This document shows, one piece after another, positions 55,440 to 64,000 of a stretch of DNA of 64,000 nucleotides (positions are counted from its first letter, which is position 1; every line of letters starts with the position of its first letter). The DNA lies in NCBI GenBank assembly GCA_964518965.1, contig CAZFJP010000002.1, positions 7,795 through 71,794 on the forward strand, in the 5' to 3' direction. The position numbers were made by a program, and so were the translations under genes. The notes below the pieces were generated by a model that worked only from the letters and a program-made list of their open reading frames with translations, did no database searches and was not told where the DNA came from. This DNA comes from an uncultured Candidatus Saccharibacteria bacterium (GTDB taxonomy: Bacteria > Patescibacteriota > SOKK01).

Positions 55440-55825
55440 TTAATAATGTACATACACCGGAGTTCCATTGACCGCCCAATCATAAACACTTTTTGCAACT
55501 CCTTTTATCAAGCGCACACACCCGTAAGAAACGGGATGACCAAGATCATAGACAGACTCTTGCGCACCACCGAAAATTGGTAACTCGTGAATGCCATTAA
55601 TTAAAGAACCAGAGCGATAGAAACCCAGAAACCAAGGCATCCAGTATTTCGCCACCGGTGCCCAAGCTATTGGGTCATGCATAAAAACTTTAAAGTTACC
55701 ACATCTTATAGCCATACTAGGACAACCGATAGAGGTTAAGAAATATCCTCAGACATGGCCATTTTCCCAGCAAGTAAAGGTTTGTCTCGTCAAGTTGATT
55801 TCAATCAATTTGCCAGATAAACCCC
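55440..55825 (-). pseudogene. Frameshifted L,D-transpeptidase (YkuD) gene
   Basis: GKLIEINLTRQTFTCWENGHV*GYFLTSIG, then shifted GNFKV...YWMPW...GIHELP...LGHPVSYGCVRL...GTPVYVH; further debris up to about 56160. Confidence 0.8.
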
Positions 55826-56163
55826 AATAGGCGGCTCTGATCCTGCCGGATCAAGTCAATTATCATTTTTATTGCTCGCCCCTTGAACTAAACCAATCAC
55901 GCGGCTACACTTCTCACTCAAAGCGGCATTATATCTTTGTAAAAATTTCTGATAATCATTGTTAACATTCCCGGAAAAATTTTCTCTTTTCTAGCCACTT
56001 TCATTTTTTAATATTCACTTCTTTGACTTCACTTTAACTTCACCTTCAGTTGAATAACACCAAAATAAGTTAAAGTCGGATAAGCAGTATTACCACGAAA
56101 GAAACAAGCGAAAATAAAAGAGCAAGTCCAAAAGAATAAATTCTAATGGAATGTTTGCTCTTA

Positions 56164-56565
56164 TCATTCACTTTGCCCTCCTTGACTGAGATACTTTTCC
56201 TGAGCAGCTCTAAATTCTTCCATTGCTGCATTTGGATCATTGCTTATTTTTTCAAGACTTCTTTTAACTGCCTCTTCGGGCGAAGTTTCTACCATAGGTT
56301 GAACTGGAGGTTGTTCTGTCGTGACAGGAGCTTCCGGAGCAGGTCCTTCAGGAGAAGCTTTTGGAGAAACTTCCTCTTCGGGAGAAACTTCACCCTCCCA
56401 AGGAAAAGGTTCTTTTTCCCCGGGAACTCTTTCAACAGGTAGTTCTTCTTCCGAGGTTTTTTCAACACTCCTTCCTGCAGAAGGAAAAAGAAATTCACCA
56501 AAATCATCTCGATCCTGACGATAGCGAAAAACATCAGGTTGTGGAGGAAACTCTTTTTTAACCAT
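56164..56565 (-). CDS. Acidic Pro/Glu-rich hypothetical protein
   Basis: 133-aa ORF, ATG start, upstream promoter TTGACG-17-TATAAT at about 56787-56759. Confidence 0.65.
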   Translation of the reverse strand: MVKKEFPPQPDVFRYRQDRDDFGEFLFPSAGRSVEKTSEEELPVERVPGEKEPFPWEGEVSPEEEVSPKASPEGPAPEAPVTTEQPPVQPMVETSPEEAVKRSLEKISNDPNAAMEEFRAAQEKYLSQGGQSE

Positions 56566-56836
56566 TTTATTTTTATTTTAGTATTAGATTAGTCAGAATA
56601 CGCTCCGAAATAGAGCTTCGTCTGACAAGCCATGACTACGCCCTACTCTACGGGCTTTGTCAGGTAAACGAAAAACGTATTTTTAGCGACTCTGTAGGCA
56701 TTTTTTATGCCTATCCGACGAAGCTTGAGCGTAAGCGAGAGAGTATTCGGATTACTTAATTATAGCATAAAAACCGCTTTGCGTCAATAAAAAGAGGGTT
56801 TTCAACCCTCTTAGGCAAAGATAATAATATTCTCAA

Positions 56837-57877
56837 TCAAGCCGGTAATTCCACCCCAAAAGTGCTCCCTTTCCCGACCTCACTATCCACCCAAAGCTTG
56901 CCCTGATGCAACTTTACAACTGCATCAGCAATAGAAAGACCAAGGCCAGTACCATATTTTACTTCTTTAACATTACTACCACGCTGAAAACGCTCAAAAA
57001 TATTTTTTAAATCAGCCTGAGGAATACCAATTCCCTTATCTCTAATTTTGAGAATTGCTTGATTTTCTCCTCGTTCCAAAATAATTGAAACTTTTCTGCC
57101 AGGACGATTATACTGAATGGCATTCTCAATCAAATTATGAATTAAGATACCGAGACAAAAGCGATTACCTAAAACCGTTATTTTACGTAATCTTGATTTG
57201 ACAATAACCTTATTTTTCTTAGCTAAAAAATTTAAATCAGAAACGATTTGTTTGATTAGTTCATTTAGGGAAATCCGCTCAAAATTCTTCTTAAAGTCCT
57301 TAGAAATTAAATTCTCTAACAACAAGTCTTTTTCCGTCAAATGCTCCATTTTTACCAATGCTTCCTTCATTAATTTAATCCTCTTATTACGGTTTTTCTC
57401 CCTCTTTAAAAGATCTAGATTACCCTTGATCACACTTAAAGGATTTTTCAGCTCGTGAAGAATATCACCTAAAATCCTATCATTAGGATAATCCAAACAG
57501 GACTTACCCGAACTCTCGTCTTCGGATTCCTTTAAAAGAACTGAGATCGTCATCGTTTGGACAACACTAGGATCTTTAAAAACCGTGGGATCAACCTTGA
57601 TATTCTCGGGTGGAATCACGACCTTCTGAATTTTCTCTTCACGCTTTAATCTTTCCTCCTCCGTTCGTGCTCTTCTTTTGCAATAGTTGTCATATAAAAG
57701 AATCAACACTAAAATATCCGCAGCGACCCAACAGCCAATCAATCCCAGAATTCCCATCGCTACTAACCCCAGTAGCGCCGCACCTCCTATAACCATCGTG
57801 TAAGCAATCAACTCATTTTTAGGGGGATAAAACAATTTTGGCGGAGGAGGAATTTGATAATCTCTTTCTATTTTCAT
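56837..57877 (-). CDS. Sensor histidine kinase
   Basis: Two TMs; DILHELKNPL H-box; NLIENAIQY, DKGIGI, FERFQRG, GTGLGL. Confidence 0.92.
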   Translation of the reverse strand: MKIERDYQIPPPPKLFYPPKNELIAYTMVIGGAALLGLVAMGILGLIGCWVAADILVLILLYDNYCKRRARTEEERLKREEKIQKVVIPPENIKVDPTVFKDPSVVQTMTISVLLKESEDESSGKSCLDYPNDRILGDILHELKNPLSVIKGNLDLLKREKNRNKRIKLMKEALVKMEHLTEKDLLLENLISKDFKKNFERISLNELIKQIVSDLNFLAKKNKVIVKSRLRKITVLGNRFCLGILIHNLIENAIQYNRPGRKVSIILERGENQAILKIRDKGIGIPQADLKNIFERFQRGSNVKEVKYGTGLGLSIADAVVKLHQGKLWVDSEVGKGSTFGVELPA

Positions 57878-57880
57878 TTA

Positions 57881-58558
57881 TTATTTATCTACTAATTTAT
57901 ACCCAATATTCCTTACCGTTTTAATTAAATTCTCACAACCTTCTTTCTCCAGTTTCTTGCGCAAACTACAAATGTAGACATCTACGACATTGGTAAAAGG
58001 ATCTTCATTATAACCCCAGACGTTCTCCAAAATCTTGGTGCGGCTTAAGACACGATTCTGATTTTGCAATAAATAATCCAGAATTAAAAACTCGTAATAA
58101 GTAAGAGTAATGCTCTTGCCATTAACGAATAACTCTCGTGCTTCGCGATCAAGCTTCAGGCGAGAATGTTCGGCCCTACCTTGACTGACAAACTGTTTAC
58201 TTTTACGCTTTAAAACCGCCCTAATCCGTGCCAAAAGTTCTTCAAAGGAAAATGGTTTCACCACATAATCATCAACCCCTTCTCGGAAGGCCTCCAATTT
58301 CAATTTTAAGTCATTTTTTGCTGTCAAAACAATACGGCTTGCAGAGTTACCATCCTTCGCCAAAGTTTTACAAAGTTCCAAACCATGAATATCAGGAAGC
58401 AGCAAATCAATGAGAATTAAATCGTAACAATTCTCCCGTGCCTGTGACAGACCCTCCGAACCAGTCAGAGCAAAATCAACGTTAAAACCCTCACTCCTTA
58501 ACCCATCCTTAATAAACTCCACAACATCTTCTTCGTCTTCAATAATAAGAATCTTCAT
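57881..58558 (-). CDS. OmpR/PhoB-family response regulator
   Basis: MKILIIEDE, DLLLP, LTAK, DDYVVKPF, winged-helix NVVDVYI..LRKKL. Confidence 0.96.
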   Translation of the reverse strand: MKILIIEDEEDVVEFIKDGLRSEGFNVDFALTGSEGLSQARENCYDLILIDLLLPDIHGLELCKTLAKDGNSASRIVLTAKNDLKLKLEAFREGVDDYVVKPFSFEELLARIRAVLKRKSKQFVSQGRAEHSRLKLDREARELFVNGKSITLTYYEFLILDYLLQNQNRVLSRTKILENVWGYNEDPFTNVVDVYICSLRKKLEKEGCENLIKTVRNIGYKLVDK

Positions 58559-58612
58559 TTTGGATTAATATTAGTTTAATCACAGTTCCATTATAATGAT
58601 AATGCAACCAAC

Positions 58613-58651
58613 ATTAAACCACAATTAAGATAAGATTAAGAAATTATTAAA
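58613..58651 (-). promoter_or_regulatory. Four 11-bp-periodic direct repeats upstream of the response-regulator promoter
   Basis: ATTAA at 58613, 58624, 58635 and 58646; minus-strand TATAAT at about 58590-58595. Confidence 0.55.
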
Positions 58652-58719
58652 ACAATTACCTCACTATAAAGATAAGACGAACGTTGCAACAACGCCCAAA
58701 ACCTGTTAACTTTAATCTG

Positions 58720-60447
58720 ATGACTGAAAAAATCTGGCAATTCCAACCAGAAATTCCTCCTAAAATTGCGCAGAACATGGGCAATTATCCCTTAATCGTT
58801 GCCCAGCTTTTATATAACCGTGGAATTAAAACTAAAAAAGAAGCCGAAATTTTCTTTAACGGTGATTATCGTGGCAACCTTAATAATCCTTACCTTTTAA
58901 AAGATCTCAAAAAAGCTGTTGTGAGAATCAAACAAGCGAAAGAAAAACAAGAAACTATCGGCATTTTTGGCGATTATGATGCAGACGGTGTCACTGCTAC
59001 CGCCCTTCTTAAAGAAGGATTTTCAAAACTAGGTTTCAAAAAGATTATTCCTTATCTTCCTGATCGTGTGAAAGAAGGCTATGGCATGAATCTCAAAGCA
59101 CTGGGATATTTAAAAAAACAAGGGGTAAATCTAATTATCAGCGTTGATTGTGGAGTAAGTAATAATGAGGAAATTGACTGGCTAAAAAAGCAAGGAATTG
59201 ACACTATTGTAATTGACCATCATCATCCGCCTGATAAATTACCTAAAGCAATCGCAATTATTAATCCAAAACAAAAAGATTGTCCTTATCCCTTTAAAGA
59301 ACTAACCGGCGTCGGACTGGCATTTAAGTTTATTCAAGCGCTTATCTTTAATCAAATTAAAGATAAGAAGAAACAAGAGCAAATTGAAAAATGGCTCTTG
59401 GATTTAGTTGCTATTGGTACTATCGCCGACTGTGCACCACTGACCAATGAAAATCGGATTCTTGTTAAATACGGTTTAATCGTTTTGCAGAAAACAAAAC
59501 GTATCGGTCTGCAAAAACTCTTCAAAATATCCGGTACTAATCCGAGTGAAATTAACACTAACACCGTTGGTTTTCGCATCGCGCCTAGAATTAATGCCGC
59601 TGGAAGAATGGATCACGCTAACCACAGTTTAAATCTCATTTTAACCCATGACAAAAGAGAAGCGGATCAGATTGCCCAGCTTCTTGAGGCAAAAAACCAA
59701 AGTCGCCAAAATCTAACTAACCAGATTTTTGCTGAGATTAAAGAAAATTTATTAAAAACTGATCTCAAACAAAAACTAATTTTTACTTCTAAGAAAGATT
59801 GGCCGGAAGGAATTGTCGGGTTAGTTGCAGGAAAAATCTCCGAAGAATTTCATCGCCCAACGATAATTATCCAGGAGAAAGAAACAGAAGCTACTGGCTC
59901 TGGCCGCAGTATTGAAAGTTTCAACATCATTAAAGCAATTACCCAATGTGAAAAATATCTAAGTCACTTTGGCGGACACAAACAAGCAGCAGGATTTTCT
60001 CTACCACGGAAAAATTTGGCGCAATTTAAAAAAGCGATTGAGAAAATCGCCAATGAAAAAATCACTGCTCAAGATTTACAACCGACTATCAAGATCGATG
60101 GAAAAATTACCTTTCCCGAACTAACTATTGAGTTCGCTAAACTACTGGAACAATTCAATCCTTTTGGTGAAGCTAACCCTAAACCAAACTTGTTAAGTGA
60201 AAACCTCATTGTTCGGCAATTTAACTGCCTCGGTGCCGACGGGAATCACTTGAAGCTTTATCTTGAACAACCTGACGCACATAAGCCTGGCCAACGTTAT
60301 TTTTCAGCAATTGGCTTTGGAATGGTAGAGAAATGCAAAGAATTAAATATCGGTGATAAGATTAATTTAGTTTTTAATTTAGGAATCAATCAATGGAACG
60401 AGCAGGAAGAGTTACAGCTAGAAATTGTAGACCTAAAAAAAGTTTGA
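58720..60447 (+). CDS. recJ: Single-stranded-DNA exonuclease RecJ
   Basis: GDYDADG, PDR..EGYG, VDCG, DHH, GTIAD, APRINAAGR, GGH..AAG. Confidence 0.97.
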   Translation: MTEKIWQFQPEIPPKIAQNMGNYPLIVAQLLYNRGIKTKKEAEIFFNGDYRGNLNNPYLLKDLKKAVVRIKQAKEKQETIGIFGDYDADGVTATALLKEGFSKLGFKKIIPYLPDRVKEGYGMNLKALGYLKKQGVNLIISVDCGVSNNEEIDWLKKQGIDTIVIDHHHPPDKLPKAIAIINPKQKDCPYPFKELTGVGLAFKFIQALIFNQIKDKKKQEQIEKWLLDLVAIGTIADCAPLTNENRILVKYGLIVLQKTKRIGLQKLFKISGTNPSEINTNTVGFRIAPRINAAGRMDHANHSLNLILTHDKREADQIAQLLEAKNQSRQNLTNQIFAEIKENLLKTDLKQKLIFTSKKDWPEGIVGLVAGKISEEFHRPTIIIQEKETEATGSGRSIESFNIIKAITQCEKYLSHFGGHKQAAGFSLPRKNLAQFKKAIEKIANEKITAQDLQPTIKIDGKITFPELTIEFAKLLEQFNPFGEANPKPNLLSENLIVRQFNCLGADGNHLKLYLEQPDAHKPGQRYFSAIGFGMVEKCKELNIGDKINLVFNLGINQWNEQEELQLEIVDLKKV

Positions 60448-60641
60448 ATTAAAATCACTTTATTATCAAAATGAAAAAGAAAGTGGTTTTTAAATTCGCC
60501 TACCTGATGTTTACTTGCTAGCCCGCTTCGTCTCCTCTTGGCAAATCTACCGCCTGTTCTACCGAACTAAAACAAGTAAGACAGATCACAAGATAAACAA
60601 GGCAGATAAGTCCTGTCGCACAGAACGTAGCCAGCTAAAAT

Positions 60642-60797
60642 AAAAACCCCTGTTACCTATAACACGAGGTAAGGTTTCACCGATTTAATAATAATCAATG
60701 CACAAAAATCCTCGAGCGGTTTCCCACCCAGACAAATCCTAGCCACTTTCCTGACAGGTACAGTAAGATGATTTTCAAACCACAGAAAAAACTGATA
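60642..60797 (-). ncRNA. Candidate 6S-like/rod-shaped ncRNA
   Basis: TG-C-TATAGT promoter; ends TTCTGT/ACAGGG can pair; apical GGGTGG-GAAA-CCGCTC hairpin; T-tract at the 3' end; no ORF. Confidence 0.4.
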
Positions 60798-60934
60798 CTA
60801 AACTATAGCACTAGCACTATTCTAGAAACTTGTCAACAAACCGACAAAAATAAGCACCACAAAGCCATAAAATGCCTTGTCGTTTCAAAAAAACTATGTT
60901 ACGATTTAAGATGACTTTTAACTTTTAACTTTCG

Positions 60935-62194
60935 ATGTTACAAGCTCCCAAAGGAACCCACGACATTTTACCCGATGAGCAACCATATTGGCGTTATCTT
61001 TTCAGAATTTTTGAAAAGTGCGCTTTGAAGTCTGGCTTTGAAAAAATTGAAGTGCCGATTTTTGAAAACACCGCTCTTTTCAAACGCAGTATTGGTGAAA
61101 CCACTGATATTGTAGAAAAAGAAATGTACACTTTCTTAGATAAAAGTCGCAACAGTATGACTCTTCGTCCTGAATTCACTGCCGGAATCATGCGCGCTTA
61201 TCTGGAGCATGGGATGTTTACCCTCCCTCAACCAGTAAAACTCTACTACTTTGGTCCAGTCTTCCGCTATGATCGACCCCAACAAGGAAGATACCGCCAA
61301 TTTAATCAATTTGGTTTTGAAATTTTTGGTGAAACCGAACCAGTAATTGACGCACAGTTAGTCACGTTAGTTTGGAATGTTTACCAAAAACTAAAACTCA
61401 AGGATATTTCGCTTCAAATCAATAGTTTAGGCTGCCCTACTTGTCGAGAACGTTATAAAAGAGAATTAGTTGACTACTACATCATGGAGCGCGATCAGCT
61501 CTGTCCCGATTGCAAACGTCGCCTTAAGAAAAATCCTCTTCGCATTTTAGATTGCAAAAACGAAAATTGTCTGGCTTTGAGTGCTAATGCTCCACAAATT
61601 ATTGATCGCTTGTGTGAAAATTGCAATCAACATTTCCAAAATGTTTTGGAATATTTAGACGAGGTTAGAGTTCCTTATGAACTAAATCCTCACCTTGTTC
61701 GTGGACTGGATTATTACAATCGCACCACATTTGAAATTTGGAGCAAAAAGAAAAGTGCCCAGAATGCCATTGGCGGTGGCGGACGTTATGATGGTCTAGC
61801 AAAAACTCTTGGCAGTAAAGATGTTCCCGCAATTGGTTTTGCTGGCGGTTGTGAGCGAATCATCGAATTACTCAAAGAGCAAGAAGTTAGAATTCCCGAG
61901 GAGCAAAATACCCCCGTCTTTCTCATCCAGCTAGGTGAACAAGGAAGAAAACGAGGATTAGCTCTCACAGAAGAATTGCGAGACAAAGGAATTGGTGTCG
62001 CAGATGCTCTTGGTAAAAGTAGCTTAAAAGCACAATTAAAATTAGCCGATAAAAGAAAAAGTAAAATTGCGATTATCATTGGCCAACGTGAAGCCGCTAA
62101 ACAGACAATAATTATGCGCGATATGCAAGGAGGAACTCAAAACGAAGTACCCTTTGAAAAAGCAGTAGAGAAAATTAGAAAAGCTCTTAAATAG
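60935..62194 (+). CDS. hisS: Histidine--tRNA ligase
   Basis: PKGTHD, TDIVEKEMY, LRPEFTA, FRYDRPQQGRYRQF, LVRGLDYY, GGGRYD. Confidence 0.98.
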   Translation: MLQAPKGTHDILPDEQPYWRYLFRIFEKCALKSGFEKIEVPIFENTALFKRSIGETTDIVEKEMYTFLDKSRNSMTLRPEFTAGIMRAYLEHGMFTLPQPVKLYYFGPVFRYDRPQQGRYRQFNQFGFEIFGETEPVIDAQLVTLVWNVYQKLKLKDISLQINSLGCPTCRERYKRELVDYYIMERDQLCPDCKRRLKKNPLRILDCKNENCLALSANAPQIIDRLCENCNQHFQNVLEYLDEVRVPYELNPHLVRGLDYYNRTTFEIWSKKKSAQNAIGGGGRYDGLAKTLGSKDVPAIGFAGGCERIIELLKEQEVRIPEEQNTPVFLIQLGEQGRKRGLALTEELRDKGIGVADALGKSSLKAQLKLADKRKSKIAIIIGQREAAKQTIIMRDMQGGTQNEVPFEKAVEKIRKALK

Positions 62195-62267
62195 GGCCAA
62201 GGGCAGAGGTCATAGGGCAGAGTTACTAGATCTAGCAACTCTGCCCTCTGCCCTGTAACCTTTAACC
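62193..62267. repeat. Inverted heptamer-array hairpin (AGGGCAG family), copy 2
   Basis: agggcca agggcag aggtcat agggcag agttactagatctagcaact ctgccct ctgccct gtaacct ttaacct; 20-nt core 19/20 identical to the core of the 3562-3657 copy. Confidence 0.85.
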
Positions 62268-62275
62268 TTGTTTAG

Positions 62276-62605
62276 ATGTGTATCTTCTGCGATATTGTTA
62301 ATAAAAAATCACCGGCTAAAATTGTCTATGAAGATAATGCAATTATCGCTTTTCCGGATATTCATCCCTCCGCACCGGTACATATTCTGATTATTCCTAA
62401 AAAGCATCTCAGTTGTGTTAATGACATTACTGACGTTGATCAGTCACTCGTCGGCAAGATGATTCTCGTTGCAAAAAAACTAGCGCGGGAGAATAAAATC
62501 GATCAATCTGGCTACCGCCTTATAATTAACTGTGGTAAAGATGCTGGACAAGTAGTTGAGCACCTGCATTTACATCTATTGGGAGGAAAGAAATTGGGAT
62601 CTTAA
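62276..62605 (+). CDS. HIT family nucleotide-binding protein
   Basis: CIFC, P.APVHILIIPKKH, GQVVEHLHLHLLGG. Confidence 0.95.
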   Translation: MCIFCDIVNKKSPAKIVYEDNAIIAFPDIHPSAPVHILIIPKKHLSCVNDITDVDQSLVGKMILVAKKLARENKIDQSGYRLIINCGKDAGQVVEHLHLHLLGGKKLGS

Positions 62606-62617
62606 ACAATAAACAAT

Positions 62618-62688
62618 ATAAGATGTAAGATGGTATATGTTAGATATTAGATGTTAGATGGTAGAAGTAAAACCTCACATCTAACATT
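62618..62688. repeat. Heptamer array (GATGTTA family) with a short inverted arm
   Basis: gatgtaa gatggta tatgtta gatatta gatgtta gatggta gaagtaa ... cacatc taacat. Confidence 0.75.
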
Positions 62689-62753
62689 AGTTAGTGTTAT
62701 AATAACTAGGCATTATCATATAATAAATATTTAATATTGGAGGTGATACTATT

Positions 62754-62990
62754 TTGGCCATTGAAGTAAAAAGAAAAGATCGTGAAGCATTTGAAAGTAT
62801 GTTAAAGCGTTTCAACCGCGAAGTTTTAAAAAGCGGTGTTTTAAACATTGCCCGCGAAAATCGTTTCCACGAAAAAGAACCTAATCGCAATGCCAAACGA
62901 AAATCTGCATTGCGCAAAGCGCAACTGCGCAGGGAACGCAAAAAACTTTTCGCCAAGGGAATTTTTAAACCCACCTTTAATAAAAAGTAG
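62754..62990 (+). CDS. rpsU: 30S ribosomal protein S21
   Basis: GGAGGTG SD, TTG start; E.FESMLKRF.R.V..SG...R..RFHEK.P. Confidence 0.92.
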   Translation: MAIEVKRKDREAFESMLKRFNREVLKSGVLNIARENRFHEKEPNRNAKRKSALRKAQLRRERKKLFAKGIFKPTFNKK

Positions 62991-62996
62991 AAAAAA

Positions 62997-63437
62997 ATGA
63001 CTATTCAAACTCAAATTGAAGCTGATTTAAACCGAGCACTCAAAGAAAAAAATGAATTTAACTGTTCTGTTTTGCGTATGATTAAAAGTGCTCTCCACAA
63101 CAAAGAAATAGAGAAAAAAAGTAAATTAAAAGACGAGGATGTTTTTGAAGTTCTCCGCCATGAGATCAAAAGCCGCAAGGATTCTATTATTGATTATGAA
63201 AAAGCAAAACGTAGCGAACTTGCCGAAAAAGAAAAAAAGGAAATTGCCTTGATTGAAAAATATCTTCCCGCAATGTTAGGGGAAAATGAGATAAAAAAGA
63301 TCGTCTTGGAAGCAATCAAACAACTTAATGCTGGCCCCAAGGATTTTGGCAAAGTAATGGGACAAGTAATGGAAAAATTAAAAGGTAAGGCAGATGGTAA
63401 TATAGTCAGCCAAATTGTGAAGCAAAATCTAAAATAA
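62997..63437 (+). CDS. yqeY: GatB/YqeY domain protein
   Basis: LRMIKSAL.NKEIE, KSRKDSI..Y, YLP, DFGKVMGQVM..LKGKADG. Confidence 0.93.
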   Translation: MTIQTQIEADLNRALKEKNEFNCSVLRMIKSALHNKEIEKKSKLKDEDVFEVLRHEIKSRKDSIIDYEKAKRSELAEKEKKEIALIEKYLPAMLGENEIKKIVLEAIKQLNAGPKDFGKVMGQVMEKLKGKADGNIVSQIVKQNLK

Positions 63438-63442
63438 CTAAA

Positions 63443-63805
63443 ATGATTCTTTCTCCTCGAAAACTAATTCAGAGTTTTCGTTTTGCCCTGAAAGGTATCT
63501 GGTACGTGTTTAAAAAGGAACAGAATTTAAGAATTGAACTAGTTATTGCCGCAGGAGTAATTGTAATGATGTTTATCTACAAGCTAACCATCATGGAACG
63601 AGTAGCACTCCTAATGCTCATCATCGCCGTATTGGTTCTGGAAATATTTAACACTATCATCGAGAGGGTAGTAGATATGGCAAGCCCGCGCCTTCACCCC
63701 CTTGCTGAAACAATTAAAAATATGACTGCCGGGACCGTACTCATTACCGCAACATTCGCGGTAGTCATTGCAATTATCATATTTTACCCGCACATTTTTG
63801 GGTAA
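63443..63805 (+). CDS. dgkA: Diacylglycerol/undecaprenol kinase family protein
   Basis: SFRFALKGI...E.NLR, LEIFNTIIERVVD...IK....G.VL. Confidence 0.9.
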   Translation: MILSPRKLIQSFRFALKGIWYVFKKEQNLRIELVIAAGVIVMMFIYKLTIMERVALLMLIIAVLVLEIFNTIIERVVDMASPRLHPLAETIKNMTAGTVLITATFAVVIAIIIFYPHIFG

Positions 63806-63888
63806 TTTTTTTTCTCACTTATATTTGGCAAAAAAACATAACTAGTGTATACTAAGGACGAGAATTACTCGTCCTTTTTAGATGCTTC

Positions 63889-64000
63889 ATGAAAGAGCAA
63901 AACCTTTTTTCAGCGATTGACCTGGGAAATAGCAAGACCCGGGTAATCACTGCTATTCTGAACCCCAGCAGTACTAAATTAGACATTGTCGGTTATAGCG
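63889..64000 (+). CDS. ftsA: Cell division protein FtsA, N-terminal part (runs off window end)
   Basis: MKEQNLFSAIDLGNSKTRVITA...LDIVGYS. Confidence 0.75.
   Translation, partial: MKEQNLFSAIDLGNSKTRVITAILNPSSTKLDIVGYS

Noticed and set aside
4915-55825. TGA recoding (code 25/4 or selenocysteine) suggested by in-frame TGA codons in several broken genes
   Set aside because: The same genes also carry TAA/TAG stops and frameshifts; long conserved genes have no internal TGA; several genes end cleanly at TGA.
3562-62688. Heptamer arrays and palindromes as CRISPR repeats
   Set aside because: No regularly spaced repeat-spacer units and no cas genes in the window.

Overview
AT-rich bacterial chromosome segment, most consistent with a Patescibacteria/CPR genome using code 11. 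Support for that placement: compact housekeeping genes, hrcA-grpE-hsp20-dnaK, split comEC, comM, a CPR-type VirD4/HerA-like ATPase, bPH membrane proteins and no biosynthetic operons. The window holds about 55 CDS, 9 intact tRNAs, a CIRCE operator and four decayed genes; no rRNA, CRISPR array or transposase was seen. The most notable signals are non-coding. (1) A four-helix-bundle (23S-IVP/Avd-like) gene is bracketed by inverted 7-mer tandem arrays; an 'empty' copy of the same element lies 9 kb away, and several other inverted-heptamer hairpin families occur, some inside a fused miaB-miaA ORF. (2) Several families of 20-bp palindromes are inserted at recurrent target sites, often inside 'ghost' half-tRNAs next to intact tRNAs; one such locus carries a GIY-YIG nuclease between a displaced 5' half and an intact tRNA-Asp. 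(3) A WxL/DUF916-like surface-protein cluster has a promoter flanked by DnaA boxes. (4) Several promoter-linked structured RNAs and small ORFs were missed by the ORF track. All calls were made by eye, without database searches.
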